DNA of 62,195 nucleotides, the filler included, from Chiloscyllium plagiosum (taxonomy: Eukaryota), in NCBI RefSeq assembly GCF_004010195.1. It is 3 parts of one record of this genome, joined end to end, with 100 filler letters (N's around TTAATTAATTAA, not from the genome) between each part and the next. Parts side by side here need not be neighbours in the genome. Positions count along the whole stretch, not along the records: positions 58,959 to 62,195 come from NC_057717.1; 2 more parts are not named here. One strand, written 5' to 3'. The first letter of the stretch is position 1, and each line of letters begins with the position of its first letter. Of this stretch, positions 60,920 to 62,195 are shown one piece after another. A program made the position numbers and the translations under genes. The notes under the pieces are model-generated. The model was not told the origin of the DNA, ran no database searches, and was given only the letters and a program-made list of their open reading frames with translations.

Positions 60920-62195
60920 CATAGATTCATCGAGTTGTACAGGGTATTTGCAAACAGGCCTATCGGCCTATACAGTCCATGTTGACCATAATCCCAAGCT
61001 AAACTAAACCCACCTGCCTGCGCTTGGCCCAGATTTGTCCAAATGTCCTCTTATTTTTGTACTTAACCGAATGCGTTTTAAATGCTATAACTTTACCCAC
61101 AATCCATCACTTCCTCAGGAAGTTCACTCCCTACACGAACCACATGCTGTGTAAAAAGTGAATCACCTCATAGGTCCTGATCAGGTGGACCCAATAAATT
61201 TGTAGGAAGCTAAGGAAGTGATTGCTGGGTCCCTTGCTGAGATGTTGCCAACATCAATAGCCACAGGTGAGATGCTGGAAGTCATGAGATTGTTTAAAGT
61301 TTTGCTATTAAACAAAATTGAAAGAAAAAGCCAAGAACTATAGATTGGGGAGCCTGACATAAATGGTCGGCACGGCGTTGGAGAGAATCATGAGCTACAG
61401 GATTTACATGCATTTGGATAGGCAAGGACTGATTAGGGATCAGCAAAAGTGAGGACTGCAGATGCAACAGATCAGAGTCTAGATCAGAGTGGTACTGGAA
61501 AAGCACAGCAGGTCAGGCAGCATCTGATGAGCATGAAAATCGACGTTCTGGGCAATAGCCTTTATCTGGATAGTGAAATGGGAACTCCGTGGATAATAAT
61601 GTTTCACTAATTTGATTGTTTTTGTTGAGAAGTAACGGAGAGGATTCATGATGGCAGAACGCTGGATGTGATCTATATAGACTTCAGTTAGCCATTCGAC
61701 ACAGTTCCCCATGGAGACTGGTTAGCAAGGTTAGATCACATGGAATACAGGGAGAATTACCCAGTTGGATAGAGAACTGGCTCAAAGGTAGAGGACAGAG
61801 GGTGGTGGTGGAGGGTTGTTTTGCAGACTGGACGCCTGTGACTAGTGGAGTGCTACAAGGATCGGTGCTGGGCCCGCTAATTTTCGTCATTTATATAAAT
61901 GATTTCGATATGAACATAGGACAGTTAGTACGTTTGCAGATGACACCAAAATTGGAGGTAAAGTGGCCAGCAAAGAAGGTTACCTCAGATTACGGCGGGA
62001 ACTTAATCAGATGGGCCAATGGACCGAGGAGTGGCAGACAGAGTTTAAGTTAGATAAATGTGAGATGCTGCATATTGGAAAGGCATATCAAGGCAGGACT
62101 TATACACTTACAGATAAAGTCCTGGGGAGTGTTGCTGAACAAAGTGACCTCAGAGTACAGGTTTATAGTTCTTTGAATGTGGATTTGCAGGTAGA
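60920..62195 (+). mobile_element. CR1 fragments (minus 3' end to ~61170, then plus RT) with a PLE end at ~61443-61562
   Basis: VVEGCFADWTPVTSGVLQGSVLGPLIFVIYINDFD. Confidence 0.9.

Overview
Repeat-dense vertebrate genomic DNA, almost certainly from a cartilaginous fish (shark), judged from HE1-type tRNA-derived SINEs with (TAATC)n tails, abundant decayed CR1/HER1 LINEs and Penelope GIY-YIG remnants. It comes from a gapped draft assembly with two artificial TTAATTAATTAA join spacers. I see no intact protein-coding gene, and nearly all tracked ORFs are decayed retroelement or N-gap artefacts. Non-repeat content: (i) an intron-containing CEP350 pseudogene fragment on the minus strand with a SINE inserted in one exon; (ii) a 60-codon HERV-I-like retroviral integrase fragment bracketed by a ~60-bp direct repeat; (iii) several short fold-back Penelope terminal-repeat insertions with 13-15-bp TSDs, ~35-nt tails and minimal hammerhead-ribozyme cores; (iv) a paralogous CCAAT/GC-box promoter module (with NRF1/YY1 sites in the two CpG-rich copies) and truncated C2H2-ZNF-type gene 5' ends; (v) duplicated small exons of an unidentified minus-strand gene; (vi) nested segmental duplications, a head-to-head SINE palindrome and a minisatellite born inside a SINE. 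Family assignments come from recalled motifs, not database searches, and transposon boundaries are approximate.
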